Positions 9,601 to 19,068 of a stretch of DNA of 64,000 nt are shown piece after piece (within the stretch, counting starts at the first letter, position 1; each line of letters opens with the position of its first letter). The notes under the pieces were generated by a model. The model was given only the letters and a program-made list of their open reading frames with translations, did no database searches and was not told where the DNA came from. The DNA lies in the sequence record PX880101.1; one strand, given 5' to 3'. The DNA is from a phage. The position numbers and the translations under genes are program-made.

Positions 9601-12328
9601 AATTCCAGGGCCTGAAACTCTTGGTAATGCCGTTGATCCTTATATCATCATGACTGCGCTGAGATCAAACATGGACGGGACATCTATGTCTATGCAGATC
9701 CCAGTAACAAATGGGTACAAACGTGTCGTGATGATTATTAAGTGTGACTTAATAGGTAAACAAGTCCTTGCAGAAAACGGGACCTCCACACATCCTTTTG
9801 AAATTGCTCTGCACTATCAGTTTGCTGACTCACCTTTTTCAGGAGATAAGCGAATATCTGATACAGATGCGCAGCGTTGTAAGAAGGTATTGTTGGGTGC
9901 AGGTTGGTGGTGGTATGAATTTGATTTAACAGACAAATTCACCGACACGTCAAAAGTTGTAACAGGACTTCGTCTAGACCTTGGCGAGAACATGCACAAA
10001 GCTGTTTGTGATGGCACCTATGGTGACCCTACAGTATATCTGAAGTATGTCTCTTTTGAGCATCCGGAAGATGTTGTTTACGGTCCAAAACTGAGATTGT
10101 TTGGCAGTTGGATTGCAAAAGACAGGGTAGGCATGGGTAAAAAGGTAAGAGGGTTCTTGGTTGATGCAGGAACAGAAGACATGCTGGTTAATGCAGTGTG
10201 GCCTGAATTACCTGGGACTCAGTGGGATAACTCAGCCAAGTCTATAAACTGGTTCAACATTCACAGAGCTATGTGGACCACTAACTGCTATTTGTGGAGA
10301 GAGCTTAACGATCAGGCTTTTGGCTTCAGTAACGGCAGAAGGATGGCGATCATTTGCTGGACAACGCTGCAAAGATGTTATGACCATGACTACGAGATTG
10401 GGGGCAGGGCATGGAAAAACATCAGGGATAGAATCATAACCAATTTTGCAGACGACAACGGCGGTGGAGCACATAACTTCGGCACAAGTAGACTTATTCA
10501 CTTGAATGGGTCATCCGCGTATAAGAAAGAGGGTTACTCCGGATCCATGATCGAGTGGGGTCTGGTGAAAGATGCTCGCGTATTGATGGGTCAACAACTT
10601 GCTGCTGCAATAGGTCCTAACGCAGTGCAGTCTGTTAAGCCAGCGTGGTTCGATATACCAATATGGTCATCTGGAACACCGGGAACTGCGGCAATCAACC
10701 CTACCACGGGGGATTTGGAAATCTCTTGGGAGGACTTAAAGCAGGTTGGTGGCTGGGATAAGACAGGGTACCAGGTACAATGGTGGAGATCTGACGGATC
10801 GTTAGCAGCTGATGAGTTTGTTAAGGACAATTTCTACACTATGTCCTCTGCAAAAGCCCAGCAATTGTTTGGTCAGGCCACTCCGTCAACAATCACCATG
10901 TCTATGTGTTGTAAAGACAACAGAACTGGAGCTTTGGGACCAAGGGTTGCTAAAGTTTTCTCAGGTATTAAATGGAATCTCCCTGTTCAAAGTGTTTCAT
11001 GGAAGCAAATAGGTGATAACAAGCTACTGGTTACTCCCGCCTGCCAGTTCAACGCAACCCTCAACGTTGATCCGGCTGTTGCAGCAAACTCAGCTAAAGC
11101 TTCTGACTTCTCTGTGTCTAACACTGCCATGGCAGATGTGAGAAAGATTGATACACTGAATGCCAGAATTACCTGTAAAAACACTTATGGCACATTCCAG
11201 ATCATCAACAACTTCACAGATTCTGATTCTAAGGTAGTGAGGACAGCAAGCCAGACTATGCAGTTGGGAACTCTGGCATACTCTGCCTTGATCACTGAAC
11301 AATCTCCTACCCTTCAGGGTGGGGGTGTTGGTAAGTTGATCACAACACCTGTGTGGAAGCCAAATGAGTGGGTTGTGTTTGATTTGACTGTAGACTTCTC
11401 CAGTGACAATAACTGGACATGGGTAAGGAATTGCTTGTCACAGTTGATGGGTGGTCCAAGCTCTGTTAGTGATAGCCACGACTCTACTGACCCGAGCGTG
11501 TTCCAGGTGGGTAAAACTCACCCAGAAACTGGGGCACAGTTGCCTGACAGGAAGTATGCTTTGGTTTGCATCTCCAACGGCAAGGCAGATGTAACCTTCT
11601 CAGGGACACACGCATATAACGGCACTTACAACTTCTCTAAAAAGTACAGCCTCAAGGCAGGTAACATTGTAGATGAAGTTGGTGCGTTGTATAATCCAGG
11701 TAACGGCATAGGGATTGTGGGCGGTAAACTGCAGATGCAGGAACCTTCTATTACCCCTTCCAATGTGCCAGGGATTAGAAAGACTTGGGAAAGTAGTAAT
11801 ACTAACATTGCAACAGTGGATGCTACCACAGGATTGGTAACATTTAAAGCCCCTGGTAATGTCACTATAAAGTTTGTAGTTACGGATGATGCAGGCCGCA
11901 AAACGTCTTCAACATCTTTCACTGTCAGACAGATGGCACCTCAGTGGAGAATGTGGATAGGCACAGCAACAAACGGGGCATACCCTAATCCGGCAGGGAC
12001 TTCTGGTATGAAGACTTTCTCTACAAGCAAGCCGATGGAGTACGGCAGCGGTCCTAAGGTAGGGCAGATGGTGTACTTTGGTGCATATATTCCTGAAATT
12101 ATAGGGCTTCCGAGAAGTCAGCTTCAGTTGCTGTTTGGAGCTGGTGTTGACGAGCTTGCCACTTTTGGGTATAGCGACAACATCGAGGCTGCAAGGAGTT
12201 CCGGATGGGTAGGGTTCAGAATGGAGTCTGGAAAGGAAGGCAGGATTCTAGGGACAGCCTCTATAGGTGTTATGTTCCCTGGTGACCAGCAGTATCGTCT
12301 GGGAGCCTACGCGACTTTCTCTCTTTAA
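6695..12328 (+). CDS. giant virion-associated protein (1877 aa) with C-terminal Ig-like (Big_2-type) domain
   Basis: Uninterrupted 5.6-kb ORF, RBS ggag; Trp/Gly/Asn-rich, not coiled-coil biased; C-terminal segment ATVDATTGLVTFKAPGNVTIKFVVTDDAGRKTSSTSFTV resembles bacterial Ig-like domains; last gene of the structural block. Confidence 0.55.
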   Translation: MLPIPLLKLGRHFLDKRGGVKELAVLSYPIDNSDGTSTTVAYVNSLAILFDDGQLNITGYNKFGECRTGDRNPINYPSETAWNVDHVWRADRAFVIRTFDNQFFYIGCTAGLIGSTAAGGNDVCVNEWTPLPEQIVKGLHLDTHPERLVEVMGGINNTVWVIAEAEGTGILNLYGSGNNTYGSLHVDKNQHATPVKIGETSENPETGPWKNPSINCEVHDNSVIFGGPRGFWIAGYDFLRNNSRNTLVWPPAQITRDDLRGIPADEEWKGFMCGPNGAVVATQRMHRPDDQQLVNVFYGQNVWGDDTWRALNITYTHEVIMARGYGTSGIFFNNGTKQYRGFSRNLCNDIGAQSANNNPRADFVHYQALATAKYVEQRLPVSWTESVYFQGIHREGFLGTFTVVNGKLWWSGIPRGSFAGSNNLFGGRLNSQGFTEVPENWYKNVPVDSWGVDDIFDVNGVSSVSNIYIGDTVKMKLKPQPEGATFIIDKIELVNAAGTVVTDANYQFSTNWNHGGANEVVVTQYNRNVNRRGLYSVKITYHDKHGTGRTHTTRTLNWNTIVPAYPSDGKWHTVGRNKQFHVNDTVYFGLNGTQPAVEGDTSYMVRLHRMDAGSVTYDVTQEIYDQRRNTYNNLVQTQAVWEFNPNGRGGKMLQVNEQNGTSLTVHEHPDPWPDPGKPHPGARTLKIVSHDAGYFGIRWEATVRYADGTTNNIGITLGGTSEDSSLKIAYTPRGISIDNMDVVRNGYGDVNIKVTLGEHLGGERIIMYAFDHDPRTDGTYADQAWSYLISAPEPNTKEFYYGMKRDVCKKTGTHDWIAICVKDERTAWDEPVNRWFIGIPTRSDKYVEEYIVCMGGTNLNMCWNEDANKYSDYDYMRDYSCNQWFNQTGYANRQSRVNPAIFTDTQVFLTKQANEVQTFKNKYDPNKWFYNCYGAFFWGPGELPNGGSCFEAATYASDYIMGQVKKYKIIPGPETLGNAVDPYIIMTALRSNMDGTSMSMQIPVTNGYKRVVMIIKCDLIGKQVLAENGTSTHPFEIALHYQFADSPFSGDKRISDTDAQRCKKVLLGAGWWWYEFDLTDKFTDTSKVVTGLRLDLGENMHKAVCDGTYGDPTVYLKYVSFEHPEDVVYGPKLRLFGSWIAKDRVGMGKKVRGFLVDAGTEDMLVNAVWPELPGTQWDNSAKSINWFNIHRAMWTTNCYLWRELNDQAFGFSNGRRMAIICWTTLQRCYDHDYEIGGRAWKNIRDRIITNFADDNGGGAHNFGTSRLIHLNGSSAYKKEGYSGSMIEWGLVKDARVLMGQQLAAAIGPNAVQSVKPAWFDIPIWSSGTPGTAAINPTTGDLEISWEDLKQVGGWDKTGYQVQWWRSDGSLAADEFVKDNFYTMSSAKAQQLFGQATPSTITMSMCCKDNRTGALGPRVAKVFSGIKWNLPVQSVSWKQIGDNKLLVTPACQFNATLNVDPAVAANSAKASDFSVSNTAMADVRKIDTLNARITCKNTYGTFQIINNFTDSDSKVVRTASQTMQLGTLAYSALITEQSPTLQGGGVGKLITTPVWKPNEWVVFDLTVDFSSDNNWTWVRNCLSQLMGGPSSVSDSHDSTDPSVFQVGKTHPETGAQLPDRKYALVCISNGKADVTFSGTHAYNGTYNFSKKYSLKAGNIVDEVGALYNPGNGIGIVGGKLQMQEPSITPSNVPGIRKTWESSNTNIATVDATTGLVTFKAPGNVTIKFVVTDDAGRKTSSTSFTVRQMAPQWRMWIGTATNGAYPNPAGTSGMKTFSTSKPMEYGSGPKVGQMVYFGAYIPEIIGLPRSQLQLLFGAGVDELATFGYSDNIEAARSSGWVGFRMESGKEGRILGTASIGVMFPGDQQYRLGAYATFSL

Positions 12329-12340
12329 CAAGTAGTAGAT

Positions 12341-12371
12341 AAAAAAGGGGCCAAATGGCCCCTTTCTTTTT
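12341..12371. terminator. bidirectional intrinsic terminator
   Basis: aaaaaa-ggggcc-aaat-ggcccc-tttcttttt: perfect GC hairpin flanked by A-run and T-run, between convergent gene blocks. Confidence 0.75.
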
Positions 12372-12375
12372 ATAG

Positions 12376-12576
12376 TTAGTAATACTCCCAACATGCCCCA
12401 TCTTCAGACGGCTTGACGCGCTTACCTTTATGGTCAACATAGGTATAGCCACAACCTTCACAAATAACAGGTGCCGCATAACCTTCCTTCCACTGGTCTT
12501 CTGTGATCAGTCCTTCCAGATCTCTGCAGTCAAAACCAAACAACTCTTCAGAACAATCTTTGCAAAAATCAGCCAT
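12376..12576 (-). CDS. zinc-ribbon protein
   Basis: 66 aa with CKDC…C…CEGC cysteine pairs; RBS gagga. Confidence 0.5.
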   Translation of the reverse strand: MADFCKDCSEELFGFDCRDLEGLITEDQWKEGYAAPVICEGCGYTYVDHKGKRVKPSEDGACWEYY

Positions 12577-12579
12577 TTC

Positions 12580-13062
12580 TCAGTCCTCGCATTTAACAAA
12601 TTTTTCTACAGATCCACCAAGCACAGCTTGTTGTTTGATGGCACTTACTTCATCATAGTGGATAGACTTATGTTCCGTACCTCCGAACTTACCTGTGTGG
12701 AAGGTGTGCACCCAAATCTCTTTGGGAAGGGATTTATTCTCTTCTTCCACCAATTCCCACATACCCCACAAGTGATCTGTGATATCTTTGATGAAATATC
12801 CCTCGCCGAGGTTTGTATTCACACTATAGGCCGATTCGTGATCTCCGCAAATATAACGGAAGGCAGTGTACTCTTTCCCAGGTGTGAAGTGGGTATCCAT
12901 CAGTATAGCTGTTAGAGAATTAGGGTCTCGAAAGCCCAAGAACTTTAGTTTAACAATTTCGACGTTCACACTTGCAAGATTATCCATGACAATCTCCTCT
13001 GCTTGGTTGATGAGATAATCATATATAAATCTGGTGTTGATGTCAAGCTTAATTTTAAGCAA
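12580..13062 (-). CDS. hypothetical protein
   Basis: 160-aa ORF in leftward array, 3-nt spacing to downstream gene. Confidence 0.5.
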   Translation of the reverse strand: MLKIKLDINTRFIYDYLINQAEEIVMDNLASVNVEIVKLKFLGFRDPNSLTAILMDTHFTPGKEYTAFRYICGDHESAYSVNTNLGEGYFIKDITDHLWGMWELVEEENKSLPKEIWVHTFHTGKFGGTEHKSIHYDEVSAIKQQAVLGGSVEKFVKCED

Positions 13063-13150
13063 TTTGAGAGGGTATTTTATTTAGAGAGGTAATCACACAG
13101 AGGTGGGCAGTTTATGAAGGCACAGGCCTCGTTTGAGGCCTTAAAACAGA

Positions 13151-13531
13151 TTATGACGATTTGACGTAGCGCTCTGACAAAGCTGGGAAGCCAAAAGCAG
13201 CACCTACACTACCGTACGCTATCCACCATTGAAGTTCATCGTGACACCATTTTCCGATCAGAAAGGTGCTGGGGTAGCGAGTCAGTATTTTGGCATAAGC
13301 TTTAGGGTCTGCATCCTCTGGGATAATGATGCTTGGAACATCTTTGTTATGACCACAGCAGCAGTTTAGAGTTTTCAATCCTGCCGCCCATAGACTCATG
13401 ATAGGTTTAGCCATGCACTTATCAAGGCACACACGTTTTTTGCCGTCACGGAGCTTTTTAGGCACATCAACGATAACATTTGGATGCTTGGCACCTTTCA
13501 CTTTCCAATTATAAGATTTACACTTGCACAT
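13151..13531 (-). CDS. cysteine-rich hypothetical protein
   Basis: 126 aa, multiple Cys clusters (CKCK, CLDKC, NCCCGHN) suggesting metal binding. Confidence 0.5.
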   Translation of the reverse strand: MCKCKSYNWKVKGAKHPNVIVDVPKKLRDGKKRVCLDKCMAKPIMSLWAAGLKTLNCCCGHNKDVPSIIIPEDADPKAYAKILTRYPSTFLIGKWCHDELQWWIAYGSVGAAFGFPALSERYVKSS

Positions 13532-13561
13532 TTAGTCAGTCTCCATCTAGAAAGCCATACT

Positions 13562-13732
13562 TTACTTAAAGTCTTTGTCACCTATTACGATTGCACGAAT
13601 CCACTCATTGTGATGCTCAATGGATGTAAGGTGTAACATAATGCAGTGATTGTCATTACCAAACACGGCTCGATAAGCCTTAGCAGCACCATGATATAAC
13701 TTCCACATCACGTAATGGTATCTTCGTTTCAT
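13562..13732 (-). CDS. small hypothetical protein (56 aa)
   Basis: Not in ORF track (<60 aa); ATG overlaps the stop of the upstream gene as ATGA, suggesting translational coupling. Confidence 0.3.
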   Translation of the reverse strand: MKRRYHYVMWKLYHGAAKAYRAVFGNDNHCIMLHLTSIEHHNEWIRAIVIGDKDFK

Positions 13733-14208
13733 GGTTCTTTCTCCGGTTCAGGATCTGGGTAATCTTCAATAATAAAGGGCCATCCGTTACGCTTAGCGTC
13801 AGACTTATACTCAATCTCCTTCATTGCAAACTCTAACTGATTCTTAGCCGGAATGCAAGCTGGAGAGTCATCAACCCAGATGTCTGGGTAGATATCAAAC
13901 TGCGCCAGATAAGCGGCCTTCTGAACGCCTCCAGTATAAAACACTCCAACATCGAGCTCCTTGCGCCAGTATTCGATGTCCACGTTGTCTTGAGTGATGA
14001 ATCGGGAAGTCACAAGATAGACTGTCCACCCTTCCTTCTTCAGGTCCTTAATAAGGCGGGAGAAGATGAAAGGGCTCGCATTAAACGTTCCATCAAAGTC
14101 AATAGCAATGATGTGTGTGCCGTGACGAGTCTCATATGGATTACTCGTGGTGAGATTGCTGTAGTTAAAAGGTACTTCTTCTCCGCAGTAGCTGTAGTCC
14201 ATATTCAC
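13729..14208 (-). CDS. HAD-superfamily phosphatase (possible 5'-deoxynucleotidase)
   Basis: HAD motif I IIAIDFDGTF (DxDGT) and motif IV-like IWVDDSP. Confidence 0.55.
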   Translation of the reverse strand: MNMDYSYCGEEVPFNYSNLTTSNPYETRHGTHIIAIDFDGTFNASPFIFSRLIKDLKKEGWTVYLVTSRFITQDNVDIEYWRKELDVGVFYTGGVQKAAYLAQFDIYPDIWVDDSPACIPAKNQLEFAMKEIEYKSDAKRNGWPFIIEDYPDPEPEKEP

Positions 14209-14480
14209 ACCTTCTCGTTGATAAATTTACGGGCGGTTTGGTGAGTTGTTTCTGCTGTCTTCAGAATGATATTAATTTTATTGTCAAGATCATTCATCTC
14301 AGCAGTTAATTCAGGAATCTCTCCCGCATGCATGGTGAAATCATACATAGACATACCCAGGATCTCATTGATGCGGCGGTTGCATTCTGCAGCACGCTGG
14401 TTCATTTTCCAAGCTAACACCAAAGCCTCCTGCGTAGCCTCCAGTGCAAAGTCTAATACGTCAGCTTCTTCTTTCGTCAT
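14205..14480 (-). CDS. hypothetical protein
   Basis: 91-aa ORF, 4-nt overlap with downstream gene. Confidence 0.5.
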   Translation of the reverse strand: MTKEEADVLDFALEATQEALVLAWKMNQRAAECNRRINEILGMSMYDFTMHAGEIPELTAEMNDLDNKINIILKTAETTHQTARKFINEKV

Positions 14481-14536
14481 CTCAGTCTCTCTTGTTGTAT
14501 TGTTGATAGGCGTATGAATGCTTTATAACTCACCTT

Positions 14537-15103
14537 TTATTCAAACTGCAATAGCAAATCCACTACCGCGCTAGGTCTGTCAACAAATTCCCCAGGCCCA
14601 CATGCCCACAGAGGGTATCCGTCTACATACCGCCAAATCCAACCTGCAGTGTGGAGTTCTAGCAGGGCAGTACCGTCCTTACTGTCAACCACTCTTTCCC
14701 ACAGTGTTGGGCAGCGAAGCTTGAGGATCGGATCCCCTCCCTTATACCCATCCATGTAGATACCCATCGCAAAGTTTAACATCATCTTTTTGTGCACTGA
14801 CCTCTTACTGAGGGTGCTCATCACTTCCTCTTTGTGAATGTTTGTAAGCTTCTCCTTGGCTACCCGCAGATCATTGCAGCCATTGTTCAGAAGATCTTCC
14901 AGACACTTGATCCGAAGGTCGTGAATATCTTTGTCGTGCACCGTTGGTACAGGGTCGTAGCGATAAAGCACCGTTGATACAAGGTTGCTCGGGTGTGGGT
15001 CTGACAGCAACCCATAACCCCAATACTCCTCTGTATCTGAAAGGACAAGACACCCAATGTCTCTGTCAAGCTTTCCTGTGTTGTAAGCCACATTGACCGC
15101 CAT
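14537..15103 (-). CDS. hypothetical protein
   Basis: 188-aa ORF in leftward array. Confidence 0.5.
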   Translation of the reverse strand: MAVNVAYNTGKLDRDIGCLVLSDTEEYWGYGLLSDPHPSNLVSTVLYRYDPVPTVHDKDIHDLRIKCLEDLLNNGCNDLRVAKEKLTNIHKEEVMSTLSKRSVHKKMMLNFAMGIYMDGYKGGDPILKLRCPTLWERVVDSKDGTALLELHTAGWIWRYVDGYPLWACGPGEFVDRPSAVVDLLLQFE

Positions 15104-15105
15104 AA

Positions 15106-15351
15106 TTATAGCTCCACTAGCAAAGTGCTCTCAAAATGCCTCTCATGCAGACCGTTATAAGGAACCACTTCCACAACACCGTCGCGGATGTATGGAGTCA
15201 TCATGGTGACATAATCACCGAACGGGTTGACATTATCACTAACCACGACCACATGCTGTCCCTCCTTGGCAGAGTGCCAGATAGATCTGCACTTCATCAT
15301 GTGTTCGAGAGCGCCAGGTAAAATCTTGTTACGTTCTTTACGGGTCTTCAT
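15106..15351 (-). CDS. hypothetical protein
   Basis: 81-aa ORF, tight spacing. Confidence 0.45.
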   Translation of the reverse strand: MKTRKERNKILPGALEHMMKCRSIWHSAKEGQHVVVVSDNVNPFGDYVTMMTPYIRDGVVEVVPYNGLHERHFESTLLVEL

Positions 15352-15797
15352 AACAGATATAGCTCCTTATGAAAGTGGGCTTTCAATTTCTCACCGAGAA
15401 ACTTCTTGATACCTTCCTCTAAAGTGTTTTCGATGTAGTCCAACTTAACTGCTTCGATGGACATATCATAGATCGCCAGCTCTAAGCTGTCAAGTCCCAT
15501 CATAGCATGAACCATAAGATTTTCATCTTCAGATACATTCAGGGGACTTCCTATAACATCTGGAGGCAGAATAGTTTCCCAATTATTCTGGGCGGTAGAT
15601 CTCCCGCCATCCACCTTACGTCTCAGCTCGAATGTATTCTTAGTGTAGAACACTTCATAAGAAACGATACGACTGTCACTCTCATAATAGACGAAGTTCA
15701 AGTAGGAGCCCAGCCGTAGTCGGCAAACTTCTACCCCAAACCATTGTTTCTTATAAGAATTCAGGCTAATGCTGTCGCATTCACGTTTGCTCAACAC
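15348..15797 (-). CDS. hypothetical protein
   Basis: 149-aa ORF, 4-nt overlap with next gene. Confidence 0.5.
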   Translation of the reverse strand: MLSKRECDSISLNSYKKQWFGVEVCRLRLGSYLNFVYYESDSRIVSYEVFYTKNTFELRRKVDGGRSTAQNNWETILPPDVIGSPLNVSEDENLMVHAMMGLDSLELAIYDMSIEAVKLDYIENTLEEGIKKFLGEKLKAHFHKELYLL

Positions 15798-15813
15798 GGC
15801 TCTCTCCTTCTTG

Positions 15814-16047
15814 TTAATCTTCGTAAATAATGATTTCTGCTTTAGGTTTTCGTGCTTTCAGGTCCAGCTCTATCCAGTGCACCATCGCTGTTTCAAGAAA
15901 AACAGCCTGGATGCATCCGTCTTCAGCGTGCCCTACCAGCATAACAAGATCTTCACATTCATCATCTGCATCACGGACATACAAGATCTCTCCAGATTCA
16001 AAGTCTTTCACAACCTGATTGCTGGATAATTTACGAATTTTTGCCAT
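15814..16047 (-). CDS. hypothetical protein
   Basis: 77-aa ORF. Confidence 0.45.
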   Translation of the reverse strand: MAKIRKLSSNQVVKDFESGEILYVRDADDECEDLVMLVGHAEDGCIQAVFLETAMVHWIELDLKARKPKAEIIIYED

Positions 16048-16048
16048 A

Positions 16049-16312
16049 TCAGAAACCCTCTAAAAAGCTCTTGTAGAAAATAATCTCAGTATCCACACCA
16101 GTCACGATCTTGTCGTTCCTGATTTCATCTGTAAGATAGGTGTCAAAACGCAGCACCTGTGTGGTATTGTCACACATCCACTCGGCTGTGACCATGGCAA
16201 AAATCTTGGCATCTTCATTATCTGGTGTGAATGTTACCACCTCACCGCATTTAAACTTTTCGATAGGTTGCGTGTTAGCTTTTGGTTCTGCAATGGTGAT
16301 TTTTGTAGTCAT
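16049..16312 (-). CDS. hypothetical protein
   Basis: 87-aa ORF. Confidence 0.45.
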   Translation of the reverse strand: MTTKITIAEPKANTQPIEKFKCGEVVTFTPDNEDAKIFAMVTAEWMCDNTTQVLRFDTYLTDEIRNDKIVTGVDTEIIFYKSFLEGF

Positions 16313-16578
16313 TACTCTTCCTCCATAGTTTCACCAAATACTTCGATACGAGCGTCAAGCTCTGTTGCTTTCAGCTCCCCGACAAAATCTTTCAGTTCTT
16401 TCTCGTCAAGATCATATGCCCACACACAAGATGAGCATGCAGATTTCACGATTAGCAGTGTAGATACACGGCCTGACTCTGTAATCATGCTCACAATGGT
16501 TCCTACAGGGAACGTGTTGATAGCTTTTTTAACTGGGCGTTCAGCTTTAATTACTACCTCTGTTGCCATAAATACCAT
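16312..16578 (-). CDS. hypothetical protein
   Basis: 88-aa ORF, 1-nt overlap with the adjacent gene. Confidence 0.45.
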   Translation of the reverse strand: MVFMATEVVIKAERPVKKAINTFPVGTIVSMITESGRVSTLLIVKSACSSCVWAYDLDEKELKDFVGELKATELDARIEVFGETMEEE

Positions 16579-16584
16579 CCTCTC

Positions 16585-18066
16585 TTACTTAGCATACTCG
16601 ATTAATTCCACAGTTTTCCCAAAGCTCGGGATATAATTTTTATTATACCCTTCGGTGAGAACCCATAAAGTATCGTACTTTTTCCACTTGTTGTCAACAG
16701 CCTTTTGTTCAAAGTTATGCTCAAAGTATAGGTCGGTAAGGACGATGACATCTTTTGCATTCGGTATGTTAGCATCCAGATACTCGAACACGCAGGCGGC
16801 TGTTGTGCCCCATGTTGAGTGGACCTCATAGTTGATCATCTCATCGATGTTACCGCGAGTGTATACTTTAACCTCTCCAACCTCGGTTGACCAACAGAAC
16901 ATCGTAACCTTAAACTCTTTATACAAATTGCACAACCCGGTGATCTCATTGAACATTTTCTTTAAAGTTCTTTGCGAGATCGATCCAGAAACGTCCAAAG
17001 CCACTACAATATCTATGGTGTTTTCCGGATTACGACCAGGAACAATAACGTGTTGATTCTTGTTTATAGCTCCAACTTTTCGCATTGTGGTGGTCAAAGA
17101 CCCAGATCGGCGACCAGGTTTTCTGTAGGTTAGCTCGGCCTTTCGTTTAGACAACATACGTTGCTTAATAATATCTATATAGTTGATTACAGGCTTGCCT
17201 CTGTTTTTGACAAACTCGCGCACCGCCTCAGGGCAACGACCTCCTGAAGCTTGCATTGCTGCTTCCAACATGTCACCAGAGTCCTGCATGGCCTGATCTT
17301 TATCAGATTGACTGATTACTGGTTGCGGCTGATCATACCCCATAGCCTTTCCAAGATCATCACTAGTGCCACCGTTCCCGCTCATGTGATCATCGGTTTG
17401 TCGTTTATCTCCTTGGGAGTTCTCGCCTTTACCGTTCTTACTTTTACCGCTATTCTGATCTCTTTGTTTATCAAGAACTGCATAGACGTTTTCAGCAATC
17501 CATCCATGAAACTTCATGTCGCAGTAGCAACTAGCTAAGAAGCCAAAAGGCTTACCTTTTACGAACTCAGTGCTTTTCCCCTTCGGGAAGAAAACACAAG
17601 GAGGCTTGCTAAAGTCAACCACAAGACCTGTGTTGATAACGTGATCACAAGCAATATTGAACAGTTCCGGCTCAAAGCTTTTACCACGGACCAGATGATC
17701 ACAGATAATATGCCCCACCTCATGTGACAGAAGAAAGGCCACCTCTTTCACAGATTTTGGGGAATAGAAAACCTCAGCCATCTCAAACTGCTTGTCAGTC
17801 AGAGATGCTTTAAGAATGGTTTTACGCTCATCTGCCAACCCCATAATGAACTCAGGGCTGTAGTAGATGCGTTTATGGTCTGTTGCCATAGTGGAGCACC
17901 ATGTGTGGTTTTCTACGAACTGCAACCCTGACAACAGTGTGCCATAAAACGGCAGCTTTTCAAGAAGGTACATGCGAGCGGCCTGCAGCATTCGCAAGGC
18001 ATCATCTTTTTGTGCGGTAATGATTTCTGAACTTCTGCTATCCATTAAAACTCCAGAAGGGGCCAT
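16585..18066 (-). CDS. VWA-domain protein with N-terminal HExxH metallopeptidase-like domain (DUF2201-like, MoxR-partner type)
   Basis: HEVGHIICDH (HExxH) in N-terminal half; MIDAS-like DVSGSIS (DxSxS) in C-terminal half; annotated ATG lies inside a GC hairpin, an ATG at 18045 with RBS ggag is an alternative start. Confidence 0.6.
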   Translation of the reverse strand: MAPSGVLMDSRSSEIITAQKDDALRMLQAARMYLLEKLPFYGTLLSGLQFVENHTWCSTMATDHKRIYYSPEFIMGLADERKTILKASLTDKQFEMAEVFYSPKSVKEVAFLLSHEVGHIICDHLVRGKSFEPELFNIACDHVINTGLVVDFSKPPCVFFPKGKSTEFVKGKPFGFLASCYCDMKFHGWIAENVYAVLDKQRDQNSGKSKNGKGENSQGDKRQTDDHMSGNGGTSDDLGKAMGYDQPQPVISQSDKDQAMQDSGDMLEAAMQASGGRCPEAVREFVKNRGKPVINYIDIIKQRMLSKRKAELTYRKPGRRSGSLTTTMRKVGAINKNQHVIVPGRNPENTIDIVVALDVSGSISQRTLKKMFNEITGLCNLYKEFKVTMFCWSTEVGEVKVYTRGNIDEMINYEVHSTWGTTAACVFEYLDANIPNAKDVIVLTDLYFEHNFEQKAVDNKWKKYDTLWVLTEGYNKNYIPSFGKTVELIEYAK

Positions 18067-18073
18067 TGGCCCC
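18059..18073. other. intercistronic GC hairpin (ggggcc-att-ggcccc)
   Basis: Near-identical stem to the bidirectional terminator at 12341; lies between two leftward genes. Confidence 0.4.
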
Positions 18074-18078
18074 TGTCA

Positions 18079-19068
18079 TTATTTAACGTGCTTGAAAATA
18101 CCAGCCAACTCGGTCATTGTCATGCGAGTGGTCTTCATAAGGTCTGTCATAGCCTTCTCCATGATTGGAGACACTACCATGAAGTTACCTTTGGTGAAAC
18201 CTTTGTTCCAGTCGGTAACTAATAGGGGTTTAAGTCCGGCACCGAGACGTTCACCAGTTAAAGCACAACATTTTCGAATGTATGTGCTCTTAAACTGGCT
18301 GAATGACAGATCAACTTTCATACCTGCATCGTAGAACGTCTGGCAATAGAAAGTGTAAGCTTTGGCAATCTCAACATCGTCAGGCAGTGCAGGAACCTCT
18401 TCTGTAAGCTCTTCTTCGACTCCTTGAGGCTCTTTTTCCTCTTCGTAAGCCTGTTGCGTCATCTCTTCAATCTCCTCTACTACAGGCTCGTTTACAATGT
18501 CAGAAATGTGCTTGTTGGCTCCACGATTAGCCATGAAGTTTTTAAAATCCTGCATTGGTGACATATCTTCCTCCCATTCTTCGTCAAAGAGTGCTAGTTT
18601 ATCCTCTTCCGTTCCATATTGCAAGATGAAATCTTCAAAAGTGTAATCACCTTTCAATTTCTCCATACGCTCTTCGCTCAGGTGGAGCATCATCTGCTGG
18701 ACAATTTTTCGATCAGTTTTGTCTTTAATCAAGACTGCGGTCTTTTTATCTACCAGACAGTCCTTTAGGGAGTTGCATCTCAATCCCACCACACAACAAT
18801 TATCAACCGCATAAGGACCTTCATCATCTATCCGCTCCAGAGATGGGTAGAAAGGATTTCCCAGTCCGTTTTCATCTGTGTGCATGTCGAAAGGTATAAG
18901 GGTATAGTCGCATACTCCCTCTCCTAAAAGTTTTTTACCAAATAGGAGATATTCTTCCCATGACAGGTTGAACTCTATATCCCGTTTCCGTGCGTTATTC
19001 TGTTTGCGTCTGTATTTTTTGAGCAAGCGCTCTAACTCTTCTGGTGTATAATATTTTTCAAGATTCAT
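18079..19068 (-). CDS. hypothetical protein
   Basis: ORF is open to 19128 (TTG), but ATG at 19068 lies downstream of the leftward promoter at 19100-19129; acidic C-terminal half. Confidence 0.5.
   Translation of the reverse strand: MNLEKYYTPEELERLLKKYRRKQNNARKRDIEFNLSWEEYLLFGKKLLGEGVCDYTLIPFDMHTDENGLGNPFYPSLERIDDEGPYAVDNCCVVGLRCNSLKDCLVDKKTAVLIKDKTDRKIVQQMMLHLSEERMEKLKGDYTFEDFILQYGTEEDKLALFDEEWEEDMSPMQDFKNFMANRGANKHISDIVNEPVVEEIEEMTQQAYEEEKEPQGVEEELTEEVPALPDDVEIAKAYTFYCQTFYDAGMKVDLSFSQFKSTYIRKCCALTGERLGAGLKPLLVTDWNKGFTKGNFMVVSPIMEKAMTDLMKTTRMTMTELAGIFKHVK

Noticed and set aside
6695-12328. Tape-measure protein identity for the 1877-aa ORF
   Set aside because: Composition is Trp/Gly/Asn-rich with an Ig-like C-terminus rather than the Ala/Glu/Lys-rich coiled coil of tape-measure proteins, and it follows the fibre genes rather than the tail-tube genes.
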